Of a stretch of 64,000 nucleotides of DNA, positions 28,186-39,752 are shown piece by piece. The stretch lies in NCBI GenBank assembly GCA_037444405.1, contig JBBIML010000006.1:32001-96000 (forward strand), given 5' to 3'. The DNA comes from Armatimonadota bacterium. Its GTDB lineage: Bacteria > Armatimonadota > Fimbriimonadia > Fimbriimonadales > GBS-DC. Within the stretch, counting starts at the first letter, position 1. Every line of letters starts with the position of its first letter. The notes under the pieces were generated by a model that did not search any database, had not been told where the DNA came from, and saw only the letters and a program-made list of their open reading frames with translations. The translations under genes and the position numbers were made by a program.

Positions 28186-28221
28186 GGGGCAGAGGCTATC
28201 TGCTCTGCCCCGTTGTTTTTT
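28186..28221 (+). terminator. Intrinsic terminator
   Basis: GGGGCAGAG/CTCTGCCCC stem followed by GTTGTTTTTT. Confidence 0.75.
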
Positions 28222-28223
28222 AA

Positions 28224-28250
28224 GCAGGAATGCTGGGGCTGAGGAGGTAT
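28224..28250 (+). promoter_or_regulatory. Sigma-H-like promoter motif upstream of the pilin-like gene
   Basis: GCAGGA atgctggggctgaggag GTAT, immediately after a terminator. Confidence 0.7.
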
Positions 28251-28276
28251 ACTTTACAGATGGAGGTGCAGAGAAC

Positions 28277-29242
28277 ATGAGCAAGCGCGGTTTCACGCTA
28301 ATTGAGTTGCTGGTCGTGATCGCAATTATTGCCATTCTGGCAGCGATTCTGTTCCCGGTGTTTGCGCAGGCGCGTGAAAGCGCCCGCCAGATTACCTGCG
28401 CCAGTCGCTTCCATCAGGTTGCGCGCGCCGTGATTATGTACACGGGCGACTACGACACCACCCAGCCTCTAACGCAGTGGTTTGCCTCCTTCGCTGGTGG
28501 TGATAACTGCAACGATCGCATCCTTGCTCAACTGCTAATGCCCTACGCCAAGAGCTGGATCGTGTTCCGCTGCCCGTCGGATCCACAAGCAACAGATGAG
28601 ATCCTGGATAGATGTCCTCAAGACTCGAGCGAGGGACCCCCAACCCAGCAATGTATCCGTGAATATCGCTGGGCACTGAAAACCGATCTGGGCTATAACT
28701 ATGTCTATCTTTCTCCTATTTTTCGCTGGAGACAGGGGCCGCCTTTCTATGGCAATAAACCCGCGACAGACGCTCAGATCGGTCGACCTGCAGCGACCGT
28801 GCTGTTTGTGGATAGCCTGTGGTGGCGCGACCCTGTTACCCGACAGCCACTCTGTGGCGGTAACTGGATTGTGATGCCACCCTGTCGCTACTATCGCAAC
28901 GCTGCTGGTCAGGTGGTGGACAGCTTTACCATCGTGCGTCAGGAGTGTGATAGTCAGCGGGCGGATTGGTGGTACGATTACGCGGGCGGCAGTTGTGGTA
29001 TGGGAGCGCGTCCCGCCTGCTGGCGCCTGCAGACAGCCACTGGCTGGTACACCTGGATGGAGTTCGGCGGCTGCTGGCCGTGGCACCGACGCGAGCGAAT
29101 GATGGTGACCTTTGCGGACGGGCACACGAAACCGTTCACTCCTGCCCAGCTCACGGTCGGTTGCGATGCCCGTCCACAGTGCGGTGGCTTCATTCTGAAC
29201 CCGGAGCAGTATCTGTGGGACCTGGATGACTATGGCACATAA
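28277..29242 (+). CDS. Prepilin-type N-terminal cleavage/methylation protein, DUF1559 / H-X9-DG-like
   Basis: [46 protein letters not shown]-terminal [22 protein letters not shown]. Confidence 0.93.
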   Translation: MSKRGFTLIELLVVIAIIAILAAILFPVFAQARESARQITCASRFHQVARAVIMYTGDYDTTQPLTQWFASFAGGDNCNDRILAQLLMPYAKSWIVFRCPSDPQATDEILDRCPQDSSEGPPTQQCIREYRWALKTDLGYNYVYLSPIFRWRQGPPFYGNKPATDAQIGRPAATVLFVDSLWWRDPVTRQPLCGGNWIVMPPCRYYRNAAGQVVDSFTIVRQECDSQRADWWYDYAGGSCGMGARPACWRLQTATGWYTWMEFGGCWPWHRRERMMVTFADGHTKPFTPAQLTVGCDARPQCGGFILNPEQYLWDLDDYGT

Positions 29243-29257
29243 CTGGAGGACACGGCG

Positions 29258-29497
29258 ATGGAAATTCCGAAACCTGTGGCAATCGCCATCATTGCGATTG
29301 TTGTGGTGCTGGCGCTGGGGATAGGCTGGTACTTCTTTCTATCGGAGGGTAGCTCAGGGGGTGGTGCAAACGTGCCCTCTCATGCCTATCCTCAGCCGCA
29401 GAGCAACCAGCCCGGCGTGGAGGCTTATGGGGTGCAACCACCCAGCAATCAGCCTGCCCCCTCTGTCTCTATCCCTCTGCCCGGTAAGGGACGGTAA
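29258..29497 (+). CDS. Small single-pass membrane protein with Pro/Gln-rich tail
   Basis: GGAGG RBS; MEIPKPVAIAIIAIVVVLALGIGWYFF; directly downstream of the pilin-like gene. Confidence 0.75.
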   Translation: MEIPKPVAIAIIAIVVVLALGIGWYFFLSEGSSGGGANVPSHAYPQPQSNQPGVEAYGVQPPSNQPAPSVSIPLPGKGR

Positions 29498-29547
29498 GCG
29501 ACTGCCCAGGAAAGTATTACCAGCTGCACGGGCATGGTTCGCGTTTG

Positions 29548-29627
29548 CCCCTCCTGCAGGTTCCCCTCGCGAAGCAGGGGGGAACTGTGGCTCGGTCCCC
29601 CTGCTGACAGGAGGAACCTTACGGGGG
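29548..29627. repeat. Family D composite inverted repeat (REPIN/MITE-like)
   Basis: Outer arms CCCCTCCTGCAGGTTCC ... GGAACCTTACGGGGG enclosing two related hairpins GTTCCCCTCGCGAAGCAGGGGGGAAC and GGTCCCCCTGCTGACAGGAGGAACC. Confidence 0.65.
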
Positions 29628-29732
29628 TACAGGGCGATCTCCCATGCGTAGCCCTTTCTTTTGTTCGAACAGCCTCCCCCACCCCCTTGACAAACCCCTA
29701 CCCCCATCGGGTATTAATTAAGGCGCAAACGA

Positions 29733-29809
<77 letters not shown>

Positions 29810-29857
29810 CTTTTTTTTCGCCACTCCCGATTTCGCCCCTGTCGATCCCGCATTGAT

Positions 29858-29884
29858 GCAGGAATTCCCGCAAAAATGGGGTAT
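29858..29884 (+). promoter_or_regulatory. Sigma-H-like promoter motif upstream of the second dockerin-like protein
   Basis: GCAGGA attcccgcaaaaatggg GTAT (continues as GTATAAT). Confidence 0.7.
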
Positions 29885-29937
29885 AATAGGAACGCAGGGT
29901 ATCCATCCCCTGCAAGTCAAACGAGCGGAGGTGTGAG

Positions 29938-30960
29938 ATGATGAGACCCTTGCAGAAAGGCATACTGATAGTGGCGCTGATAGGGATGCTGGTGGCATTT
30001 GCGAATGCCCAGTCCTTCTTTGACGGCTTCGAGCCGCCCACTTACGCACCCGGTATTCTGACAGGTCAGAACTCCTGGTACAACCCTGTCCCCGCGTCCA
30101 GCACCGACTGGTCGGTCTATCTCTACTCTGGGCTGCCTGGCTGGCTCGGCTCGCTTGGCAGCAATCCTGGCGGCGGTCAACAATTTATCGCGGCGCGTAA
30201 GGATACACCCGGCTTCTTCCCACGCGCCCAGAAGGATTTCAACTGGGGCGCACGGACCATCTGGCTGGTGAGCTACGATGTGGCGGTGAACTTCGATCCG
30301 AGCGTGAGCGCCGATGGTCTCAACTACGATAACATCGGCTCCTTTTCCCTGCAACCAAGCGGCGCCTTCTACCGCTACTTCATCGACCTGTTCCAGTGGG
30401 TTAGTCCCCAAGTCACCCCAAACGATGGCTGGCAAATGACCTGGGTGGTGTCCGATTCGGGTGGTTCTGCATCGTTTATCGTGTCTTTTAACCCGCCCAA
30501 CCCCTTCCACGGACTTCAAATCAACAAGTGGTATCGTCGCTTCGTCGCGTTCAGGCTCGACGATAGCGATCCCAGCGCCCGGCATGTGGTGAAGGTTGGC
30601 ATCCGTGATCTGGAGACGGGTCAAACCTTCTCCACGCCCGTCGGTCCGACCCCTGACTTCCAATACTGGTATCTGATCAACTATAACACCGGGGACATTC
30701 CCACCGCGTTCCGCTTCTTTGTGGGTGGCGGCACGGGCACCAACGAAGGCAACATCCTCGCGGTGGACAATGTTGCCTTCACCGCCTTCAGCTTCGGCGA
30801 TGTGGACATGAACGGCTGCGTGGATGATGCCGACCTGCTGGCAGTGCTGTTCGCCTTCGGGAACACGGGAGCCTTCATGCCTGAAGACACCAACGGCGAT
30901 GGCACTGTAGACGATGCCGACCTGCTGAATGTGCTGTTTGAGTTCGGCAACGGCTGCTGA
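29938..30960 (+). CDS. Secreted protein with C-terminal dockerin-like duplicated Ca-binding motif
   Basis: Signal peptide ending ANA-Q, FFDGFEPPTY..G.LTGQNSW start, C-terminal GDVDMNGCVDDADLLAVLFAFG / EDTNGDGTVDDADLLNVLFEFG; GGAGG RBS. Confidence 0.85.
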   Translation: MMRPLQKGILIVALIGMLVAFANAQSFFDGFEPPTYAPGILTGQNSWYNPVPASSTDWSVYLYSGLPGWLGSLGSNPGGGQQFIAARKDTPGFFPRAQKDFNWGARTIWLVSYDVAVNFDPSVSADGLNYDNIGSFSLQPSGAFYRYFIDLFQWVSPQVTPNDGWQMTWVVSDSGGSASFIVSFNPPNPFHGLQINKWYRRFVAFRLDDSDPSARHVVKVGIRDLETGQTFSTPVGPTPDFQYWYLINYNTGDIPTAFRFFVGGGTGTNEGNILAVDNVAFTAFSFGDVDMNGCVDDADLLAVLFAFGNTGAFMPEDTNGDGTVDDADLLNVLFEFGNGC

Positions 30961-30982
30961 AGCCATCTGCCACTCTATGGGC

Positions 30983-31020
30983 GAGCAGCCCTTCCCTTTT
31001 GGGGAGGGCTACTCACTTTT
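30983..31020 (+). terminator. Intrinsic terminator between convergent genes
   Basis: AGCCCTTCCC TTTT GGGGAGGGCT hairpin followed by ACTCACTTTT. Confidence 0.65.
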
Positions 31021-31089
31021 GCAGGAACCTTCGCTGTGCTTCGATGATGAGCCGATGGGCTTCGGCAGCGGAACGCCAGCCCAGCAGGC

Positions 31090-32295
31090 TCATGGCTGTT
31101 GACCTCGCTGCTTGAGCTGGTAGTAGAGTCGGGCGGGCAGCCCGTGCGTTTTGACCGCGCCGCTCATCTCCGACTGGTCGAAATCGCGCGTGTCGAACGA
31201 GGCGAGCGCCTCATCGTAGAGCGCCCACGGGCTGGAGCGCGCCACCACGCTCGCGCTCCCCTTGAACAGGCGCACCGTTACCGTGCCCCACACGCGCTCC
31301 TGCACCTTGTCGATGAACGCCTCCAGCGAGTCTTTGAAGGGATCGAGCCACAGCCCCGCGTAGGCGAGTTCTGCCCAGGCGCGATCAGCCTGCGCTTTGA
31401 AGCGCAGTTCCTCGCGGGCGCACACCAGCGCCTCCAGCGCGCGATGCGCCGTGATGAGCGTGACGGCGGCGGGGCACTCGTAGTTCTCGCGCACCTTCAG
31501 CCCGATCAGGCGGTCCTCCATCATATCGATGCGTCCGACGCCGTGTGAGCCGGCTATCTCGTTCAGGTTCTGGATTAGCGCGAGCGGCTCCATGCGCTGT
31601 CCATCGAGCGCGACGGGCACACCCGCTTCGAATTCGATTGTGAGCCGCTGGGGTTCGTCGGGCGCGTCCTGCGGGTTGCGAGTCCAGCGATAAATCTCCT
31701 CTGGCGGCACATACGCGGGGTCTTCGAGCCGTCCGCCCTCGATGGAGCGTCCCCACAGGTTCTCGTCGATGCTCCAGATTTTGTCCGCGCTCTGATGAAT
31801 CGGCACGCCGCGCGCCCGCGCATACTCGATCTCCTCCGTGCGGGTCATGTTGCGCTCGCGCATGGGCGCAATGATGGGCACATGGGGCATCAGCACGCGC
31901 AGCATGAACTCGATTCGGAACTGGTCGTTGCCTTTGCCCGTGCAGCCGTGAACAAAGGCGTCGACTCGCGGCAGGTTCCGCGCCACCTCCACCGCCTTGC
32001 GGGCAATCAGCGGGCGGGCAATCGCTGTGCTGAGCGGGTAGCCCTGATAGTCGGCATTTGCTTTGACCGCTGGCATGCAGTAGTCGCGGGCGAACTCGGC
32101 GCGCGCGTCCACCATGTAATGCTCCGTGCCCAGAATCGCCGCGCGTTCCGCCGCGTCCGCAATATCCTCGCGCGGCTGACCCACATCCACCGTGACGGTT
32201 ACCACATGCTCGAAACCGTACTCCTCTCTCAACAGCGGGATGCACACGGTGGTGTCCAGCCCGCCGGAGTAGACCAGAAGCGCTGTCTTTGCCAT
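31090..32295 (-). CDS. argG: Argininosuccinate synthase
   Basis: YSGGLDTT, YPLSTAIARPLI, HGCTGKGNDQFR, SIDENLWGRSIEGG, GVGRIDMMEDRLIGLKVRE; start at ATG 32295. Confidence 0.97.
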   Translation of the reverse strand: MAKTALLVYSGGLDTTVCIPLLREEYGFEHVVTVTVDVGQPREDIADAAERAAILGTEHYMVDARAEFARDYCMPAVKANADYQGYPLSTAIARPLIARKAVEVARNLPRVDAFVHGCTGKGNDQFRIEFMLRVLMPHVPIIAPMRERNMTRTEEIEYARARGVPIHQSADKIWSIDENLWGRSIEGGRLEDPAYVPPEEIYRWTRNPQDAPDEPQRLTIEFEAGVPVALDGQRMEPLALIQNLNEIAGSHGVGRIDMMEDRLIGLKVRENYECPAAVTLITAHRALEALVCAREELRFKAQADRAWAELAYAGLWLDPFKDSLEAFIDKVQERVWGTVTVRLFKGSASVVARSSPWALYDEALASFDTRDFDQSEMSGAVKTHGLPARLYYQLKQRGQQP

Positions 32296-32346
32296 CGCAA
32301 CGGCTGCATTATACCGCAATCAGGTACAATCTCTCGCGGTGAGAGA

Positions 32347-32485
32347 ATGGCACGAACACCACTGTCGGGATCGCAGCGGTTAAGTCAGGATGCGCAAGAT
32401 TGCGCGTCCCGGTGAGGTGGTGCGCCCGCTGGCGAAGCCCGACGCAGAAATCGCCGTTAGCGAGCTATTTGCCGACACGCTTTGA
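32347..32485 (+). pseudogene. Internally deleted Uma2 gene remnant
   Basis: Frame from 32390 reads RKIARPGEVVRPLAKPDAEIAVSELFADTL*, similar to the C-terminus of the intact Uma2 at 2110 (DQSIVPLTRPDVSIPVAELLP); a short out-of-frame start MARTPLSG at 32347 behind TACAAT. Confidence 0.55.
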
Positions 32486-32500
32486 GGGAGGAGCGCGACC

Positions 32501-35500
32501 ATGAGAACACTGATGAGCTGGTTGGGTATCGGTCTGCTGTGCATGGCTCTGCGGGCGCAGGCGCCCGATGTCGCCTCGATGCTGCGCGACGCATTTCCCG
32601 TTTCCCAGCTGAAGCCCGGCATGAAGGGCTACGGGCTGACCGTGTTCAGGGGCACACAGATCGAACGGTTCGATGTGGAGATTGTGGGCGTGCTGCAGAA
32701 CGCGAACTTCGGTCGACCGCTGGTGCTGATCAAGATGAAGGGCGGCGCGATTACCAATCGTCAGGCGAACATTATCGCGGGCATGAGCGGCAGCCCCGTG
32801 TTTGTGAACGGCAGGATTGTGGGCGCGATTGCCTACGGATTCGCCTTTCCGCGCGAGCCGCACGCGCTGGTGACCCCGCTGGAAGATATGCTCACCACTT
32901 TTGACCCGCGTCTGGCGCAGCGAGCGGTTCAGCCGACGGCACCGCGTGTGGTGAACCGCCCGATTCGCATCGCAGGGCGACAGTACGCGGGAATCTATAT
33001 TGGCTTCCAGCCGCCGGGTGCGCCGAATCTGGCGTGGGCGCGCCCGCTGATGACGCCCCTGATGGTCAGCGGCGTCTCGGCGCGTGGGCTGGAACACCTG
33101 CGCAAGAAGCTCGAACCGTTCGGACTGAGTCCTGTCATGGCGCCTGGCGGCGCGGGCAAGCCCATCAAAGTGCGGTTTGAGCCGGGCGCGGCGGTCGGCG
33201 GCGCACTCGCCACTGGCGATCTGGACTTCACCGCGATTGGCACGCTCACCTATCGCAAAGGGAACTCGATTCTGGCGTTCGGGCACCCGTTTCTGGGCGC
33301 GGGCGAGGTGCAGATGCCCATGACCGCCGCTGAGATCGTGGATGTGTTCCCCTCGTATTATGCCTCCTTCAAGCTGGGCAATCGGGCGCAGACACTGGGC
33401 GTCATCTATCACGATGGCGCATTCGCCATCGCCGGTCGAATCGGGGCGAGCGCGCGCATGATGCCCCTGCAGATGCGCATCACGAACGCGCAAACGGGCG
33501 TCACGCGCACCTATCGCTGCGAGCTGTTCCGCCACCCGATGCTGACGCCGATGCTGATCGATATCGCCACCTTCGAGTTCATCGGGCGGGTCTACTTCGC
33601 GGTGAGCGACGCCACCGCGACCGTGCGCTGGACACTCAAAACCAGTCCCTACGGCGAGATTCGCTACGAGAACCGCGTCTTCAGCGAGGCGGGAATTGAG
33701 CCAGTTGTGCTGCAGGATTTAGAGTATGTGCTGGGGCTGCTGCAGGGCGCGCCCGACCGCAAGGTAGAACTTGAATCGCTGGAGATGGAGGTGGTTATCC
33801 AGCCGGGTCGCCAGACGGCGTTTATTGAGCGCATCACGACAGATAAAGGCGCGTATCGCCCTGGCGATCAGGCTCGCGCGACGGTGTGGGTGCGCCCTGC
33901 CGCCTCGCCTTCCGCGCTAACGCCGATCGAGTTCACCTTCCGCATTCCGTACGATGCGACGCCCGGGCGCTATAGCCTGCAGGTGTCGGGCGGCGGCGAA
34001 GGTGGCGGTGCGCCGGGTGGCATTCCTGCAGGGCTGTTTCGTGCCCTGATGGGTGGGGGCGGGGGCACGCCCAGCACCGAGCAGCTCCTGCGCGAGTTCC
34101 AGCGGCGCGAGCGCAACCATCAGCTGGTTGCCACGCTCACCATGCAGGCGATGGGCGCCACCGTGCGCGGCGAGCCGCTCTATCAGCTGCCGCCCATCCT
34201 GCGCGATATCCTCACCACACCCCGCGCCTCCGGCATCCAGCCTGAACCCGATCAGATCAAGCAGGTTCACGCCACCGACTGGGTTCTGCAGGGCAGTCAG
34301 ATGCTGTTTCTGACCGTTCTGCCGCCGGAAGAGGCCGAAGGGCGCGTGTTTGGCTTGCCTGTGCCACCGACCGTGGGCGGCTTCGTACCACCTTCGCCAC
34401 CCACGGAGCCATCAGGGGAGGAGGGTGAAGAGATAGGGACGGATTATGGGCTGCCTGTTCCGTCCGGTGTGGAGGCGACCGCCGTGCTGGATGAGGAGGC
34501 TTCGCCGACGCCGCCGGGTCAGCCGCCATCGGAGGCACGGCGCCCGCGCGAGAAGCCTGTCAGTCGCGCGCCCAAACACTGGGATCTGAGCGACTATCGC
34601 ACGCTCAGTCGTGGCAAGATGCAGGGCGTCGCGGTCGGAGCCGATGGCACACTGCAGCCGAGTCGCCGCCCTGAACCGCTCGCCCGCCTCGATCTGGACT
34701 ACATCTGGTGCCTCGCTCGCGATGCGCGGGGCAATCTCTACGCGGGCGGCGGCATGCCTGCCCAGCTGCAGGTGGTCAACCCCGACGGCAGCATCCAGCG
34801 CACGCTGAACCTGCCCGGCTTGATGGCGACCGCGCTCGCGCTGGCGCCCGACGGCAGCCTCTATATCGGCGTCTCGCCCGAAGGCACGCTCCATCGGCTC
34901 AAAGATGGCAACCTGCAGATAGTGGTCAACACGGGCGCACGCTACATTAATGCGCTGCTTGCCACCGAGCAGGGCGTGTATATCGCGACGGGCGTGCCCG
35001 CCCGCCTGCTGATGTGGGATGGTCACACCCTGCGCGAGTTGATGCGCTCCGATGAGGCGCACCTCACCGCGCTCGCTCGCGACTCTGCGGGCAACCTCTA
35101 TGTGGGCAGCTCGGAGCGCGGGCTGGTGTATCGCCTGTCGCCTATCGGTATTCCGAACGCCGTTGCCGATTTGCATGAGCCGACGGTCAGCGCGCTCGCC
35201 TGCGACGCGCAGGGCAACCTCTATATCGGCACGATGCCGTCGGGCAACCTCTATCGGCTCTCGCCCCAGGGCACGCTCCAGCCGCTCCATCAGCAGGGGC
35301 GGCTGAACATCCGCGCGATGCAGATTGTGGGCGACACGCTCTACGCGCTCAGCGACGACAGCCTGCTCGCGGTGTCCTGCAAAGGCGAGAGTGAGCCCAA
35401 GCCTGTTCTCTGCATGCGGCAGCCGCTGGAGCTGGTTGCTCTTGCAGGCAGCGATTCGGCGTCCGCGCTCGTGCTGGCTTCGGCAGAGCAGGCGCAGCTG

Positions 35501-36748
35501 TGGCAACTGGCGTCGGAATCGGAGGGCGTCTACCTCTCGCCCGTGCTGGACGCGGGTCAGGTCGCACGCTGGGGCGTCCTGCGCTGGAGCGCGAGCGTGC
35601 CCGACGGCGCTCAGGTGGAGATTCAGACCCGCTCCGGCAACACGCGCGAACCCGACGAGAGCTGGAGCGCGTGGTCGGCGCCCTGCACCAACCCCGAAGG
35701 CAGCCCGATTCTCAGCCCGCCCGCGCGATTCCTGCAGGTGCGCGTGAAACTGACAGGTAAATCCGCACCCAGCGTCCGCGCCCTCACGCTCACCTATCTG
35801 CCTGCCAATCGCCCGCCCGAAGTTCAGTTGCTTGCGCCCAAAGCCAACACCGCATGGAGCGACAAGCAGACCATCCGCTGGTCGGCTCGCGACCCCGACG
35901 GCGACACCCTGCAGTTCGAGGTGCAACTCTCCAGCGATGGTGGCAAAAGCTGGCAGAAGCTCAAAGAGAGCCAGCCTGTCGAAGGGCGTCAATCTGCCCT
36001 GCCAGAACTGCCAGACGAGGCGCAGATGATGGCGGAGCTTCAGCAGGCGTTGCAAAGTTCGCCCGACATCCCGCCCGAAGTGCGCCAGCAGATCGAACAG
36101 CAGGCGCCGCAGCTCATTCAGCAGATGCGCGAGGCGGTGAAACAGCTGCCGTCGACCCCTGCACCTCCGGCGCCCGCTGCGCCTGCCGAACCGCCCGCCG
36201 CCCCGCGCCAGATGGAGTGGGACACCACCCGTACGCCCGACGGCATCTATCTGCTGCGCGTTAAAGCGAGCGATCGCCCCGCCTCGCCCACCGACTACAC
36301 CGAAGCCTACACCGAACCTGTGCCTGTCATTATCTGCAACACGCCCCCCGCGCTGTCCGTTCGCCAGCAGAGTCTCAAGGTGAGCGACGACCGCACGGTG
36401 GAACTCAGCGGCTACGCATTACAGCTCTTCAGTTCCGACAGGGCAGGTTCATCGGGCGCGACGGGCAAATCGGGCGGTTCCAGCCAGGCGAGACAGCGCG
36501 TGCCGCGCAACAGCGTGCCGATTGTGGGCGTGCAATACCGAATCGATAAGGGCGAATGGCGCAGCGCGGAAGCCCTCAACGGGCTGTTCGATACCGCCTT
36601 CGAGCCGTTCCGCATTAAGACCGAGCCGCTCGAACCGGGCGACCACACGCTGACCATCAAAGCCTTCAACGCGGCAGGCAAAAGCGCCCAGGTGGAGCTG
36701 AAGGTCAAAGTGCCCGCGGGCAAGCCCACCCGATCGGAGAAGCCATGA
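32501..36748 (+). CDS. Secreted SpoIVB-like peptidase S55 fused to a beta-propeller and Ig/FN3-like domains
   Basis: Signal peptide; LKPGMKGYGLTV, IIAGMSGSPV, ILAFGHPF; repeated ALA.D..GNLY.G blades; QTRSGNT..PDESWSAWS; GGAGGAG RBS. Confidence 0.85.
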   Translation: MRTLMSWLGIGLLCMALRAQAPDVASMLRDAFPVSQLKPGMKGYGLTVFRGTQIERFDVEIVGVLQNANFGRPLVLIKMKGGAITNRQANIIAGMSGSPVFVNGRIVGAIAYGFAFPREPHALVTPLEDMLTTFDPRLAQRAVQPTAPRVVNRPIRIAGRQYAGIYIGFQPPGAPNLAWARPLMTPLMVSGVSARGLEHLRKKLEPFGLSPVMAPGGAGKPIKVRFEPGAAVGGALATGDLDFTAIGTLTYRKGNSILAFGHPFLGAGEVQMPMTAAEIVDVFPSYYASFKLGNRAQTLGVIYHDGAFAIAGRIGASARMMPLQMRITNAQTGVTRTYRCELFRHPMLTPMLIDIATFEFIGRVYFAVSDATATVRWTLKTSPYGEIRYENRVFSEAGIEPVVLQDLEYVLGLLQGAPDRKVELESLEMEVVIQPGRQTAFIERITTDKGAYRPGDQARATVWVRPAASPSALTPIEFTFRIPYDATPGRYSLQVSGGGEGGGAPGGIPAGLFRALMGGGGGTPSTEQLLREFQRRERNHQLVATLTMQAMGATVRGEPLYQLPPILRDILTTPRASGIQPEPDQIKQVHATDWVLQGSQMLFLTVLPPEEAEGRVFGLPVPPTVGGFVPPSPPTEPSGEEGEEIGTDYGLPVPSGVEATAVLDEEASPTPPGQPPSEARRPREKPVSRAPKHWDLSDYRTLSRGKMQGVAVGADGTLQPSRRPEPLARLDLDYIWCLARDARGNLYAGGGMPAQLQVVNPDGSIQRTLNLPGLMATALALAPDGSLYIGVSPEGTLHRLKDGNLQIVVNTGARYINALLATEQGVYIATGVPARLLMWDGHTLRELMRSDEAHLTALARDSAGNLYVGSSERGLVYRLSPIGIPNAVADLHEPTVSALACDAQGNLYIGTMPSGNLYRLSPQGTLQPLHQQGRLNIRAMQIVGDTLYALSDDSLLAVSCKGESEPKPVLCMRQPLELVALAGSDSASALVLASAEQAQLWQLASESEGVYLSPVLDAGQVARWGVLRWSASVPDGAQVEIQTRSGNTREPDESWSAWSAPCTNPEGSPILSPPARFLQVRVKLTGKSAPSVRALTLTYLPANRPPEVQLLAPKANTAWSDKQTIRWSARDPDGDTLQFEVQLSSDGGKSWQKLKESQPVEGRQSALPELPDEAQMMAELQQALQSSPDIPPEVRQQIEQQAPQLIQQMREAVKQLPSTPAPPAPAAPAEPPAAPRQMEWDTTRTPDGIYLLRVKASDRPASPTDYTEAYTEPVPVIICNTPPALSVRQQSLKVSDDRTVELSGYALQLFSSDRAGSSGATGKSGGSSQARQRVPRNSVPIVGVQYRIDKGEWRSAEALNGLFDTAFEPFRIKTEPLEPGDHTLTIKAFNAAGKSAQVELKVKVPAGKPTRSEKP

Positions 36749-38031
36749 GACCCCATGTGGTGATTATCGGCGGCGGTTTTGGCGGCTTGCAGGCAGCGAA
36801 GGGACTGCGCGACGCGCCCGTGAATGTAACACTCATCGATAAGCGCAACTTCCACCTGTTCCAGCCGCTTCTGTATCAGGTGGCGACGGGCGGGCTGGGT
36901 CCTGCGGAAATCGCCGCGCCTATCCGCGCCCTGCTCAAACGTCAGCGCAACACGCGCGTGCTGAACGCCGAAGTGGTGGACATCGACCCGCAGACGCAAA
37001 CGGTCTATCTGCGCGAGGGCGAACCCATCCCCTATGACTACCTGATTCTGGCAGCCGGCTCCACCTATCACCACTTCGGGCACGAGGAATGGAGCCGTTA
37101 TGCGCCGGGCTTAAAGACCGTCGAGGATGCGCAGGAGATCCGTCGGCGTGTGTTGCTGGCGCTGGAGCATGCGGAGCGTGAAACCGACCCGCAACGCCAG
37201 CAGGAGTGGCTCACCTTCGTGATTGTGGGTGGCGGTCCGACGGGCGTCGAGCTGGCGGGCGCGCTGGCGGAGCTGGTGCGCGTCACAGTGCGCGGCGAGT
37301 ACCGTCAGTTTGACCCTGCCGCCACGCGACTCCTGCTGCTCGAAGCTGGACCCCGCCTGCTCCCAACCTATCCACCGAACCTGAGCGAGACCGCGCGACG
37401 GTCGCTCCAGCGGCTCGGCGTCGAGGTGCAGATGGGCGCGATGGTGACCCATGTGGGCGAAGAGGGCGTGCAATACACCTATCAGGGCGAAGCGGTGCAG
37501 GTGCGGGCGCGAACGGTGTTGTGGGCGGCAGGCGTGCGCTCCGTGCCGCTCGCCGAACGGCTTGCCGACCGCGCCAGCCTGCCCACCGATAAAGGTGGAC
37601 GCATTATCGTCAATCCCGACCTGTCGGTGCCGGGCTATCCGAACCTGTTCGTGATAGGCGACCTTGCCCATTATGCGCATCAGACGGGCACGCCCCTGCC
37701 CGGCGTGGCGCCCGTTGCCATACAGCAGGGCATCTATGTGGCGCGGGTGATCCGCGACCGCCTGCGCGGACGAACCCCGCCGCCCTTCCGCTATCGGGAC
37801 AAAGGCGATATGGCGGTCATCGGGCGCAAAGCCGCCGTCGCCAAAATCGGCAAACTGCAGCTGACGGGCTTCATCGCGTGGCTGGCGTGGCTCTTCGTGC
37901 ATCTGCTCTATCTGGTCGGCTTCGAAAACAAACTGCTCGTGCTGATCCAGTGGGCGTGGAACTACTTCACGCGCAATCGGCGCGCGCGGCTCATCCTCTA
38001 CTGCTACGAAACCCGCCCGAATCGCGTATAA
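36745..38031 (+). CDS. ndh: Type II NADH dehydrogenase
   Basis: [59 protein letters not shown]. Confidence 0.93.
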   Translation: MRPHVVIIGGGFGGLQAAKGLRDAPVNVTLIDKRNFHLFQPLLYQVATGGLGPAEIAAPIRALLKRQRNTRVLNAEVVDIDPQTQTVYLREGEPIPYDYLILAAGSTYHHFGHEEWSRYAPGLKTVEDAQEIRRRVLLALEHAERETDPQRQQEWLTFVIVGGGPTGVELAGALAELVRVTVRGEYRQFDPAATRLLLLEAGPRLLPTYPPNLSETARRSLQRLGVEVQMGAMVTHVGEEGVQYTYQGEAVQVRARTVLWAAGVRSVPLAERLADRASLPTDKGGRIIVNPDLSVPGYPNLFVIGDLAHYAHQTGTPLPGVAPVAIQQGIYVARVIRDRLRGRTPPPFRYRDKGDMAVIGRKAAVAKIGKLQLTGFIAWLAWLFVHLLYLVGFENKLLVLIQWAWNYFTRNRRARLILYCYETRPNRV

Positions 38032-38065
38032 TATCCTCTGGCGAAGACGCCAGGAGGGAACAGCT

Positions 38066-39679
<1,614 letters not shown>

Positions 39680-39692
39680 ATCTTACGCGCTT

Positions 39693-39715
39693 GGACGGGC
39701 GCGGTTCCCGCGTCC
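39693..39715 (+). repeat. Family B REP-like palindrome
   Basis: GGACGGGCGCGGTTCCCGCGTCC, same core as 18241-18352 and 13838. Confidence 0.7.
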
Positions 39716-39752
39716 TGATGCTCGCGAGCAAGGTATAATCACGCCATCTCAG

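Noticed and set aside
31021..31047. GCAGGAA after the terminator at 30983-31020
   Set aside because: No matching -10 at 17 nt and no downstream gene on that strand
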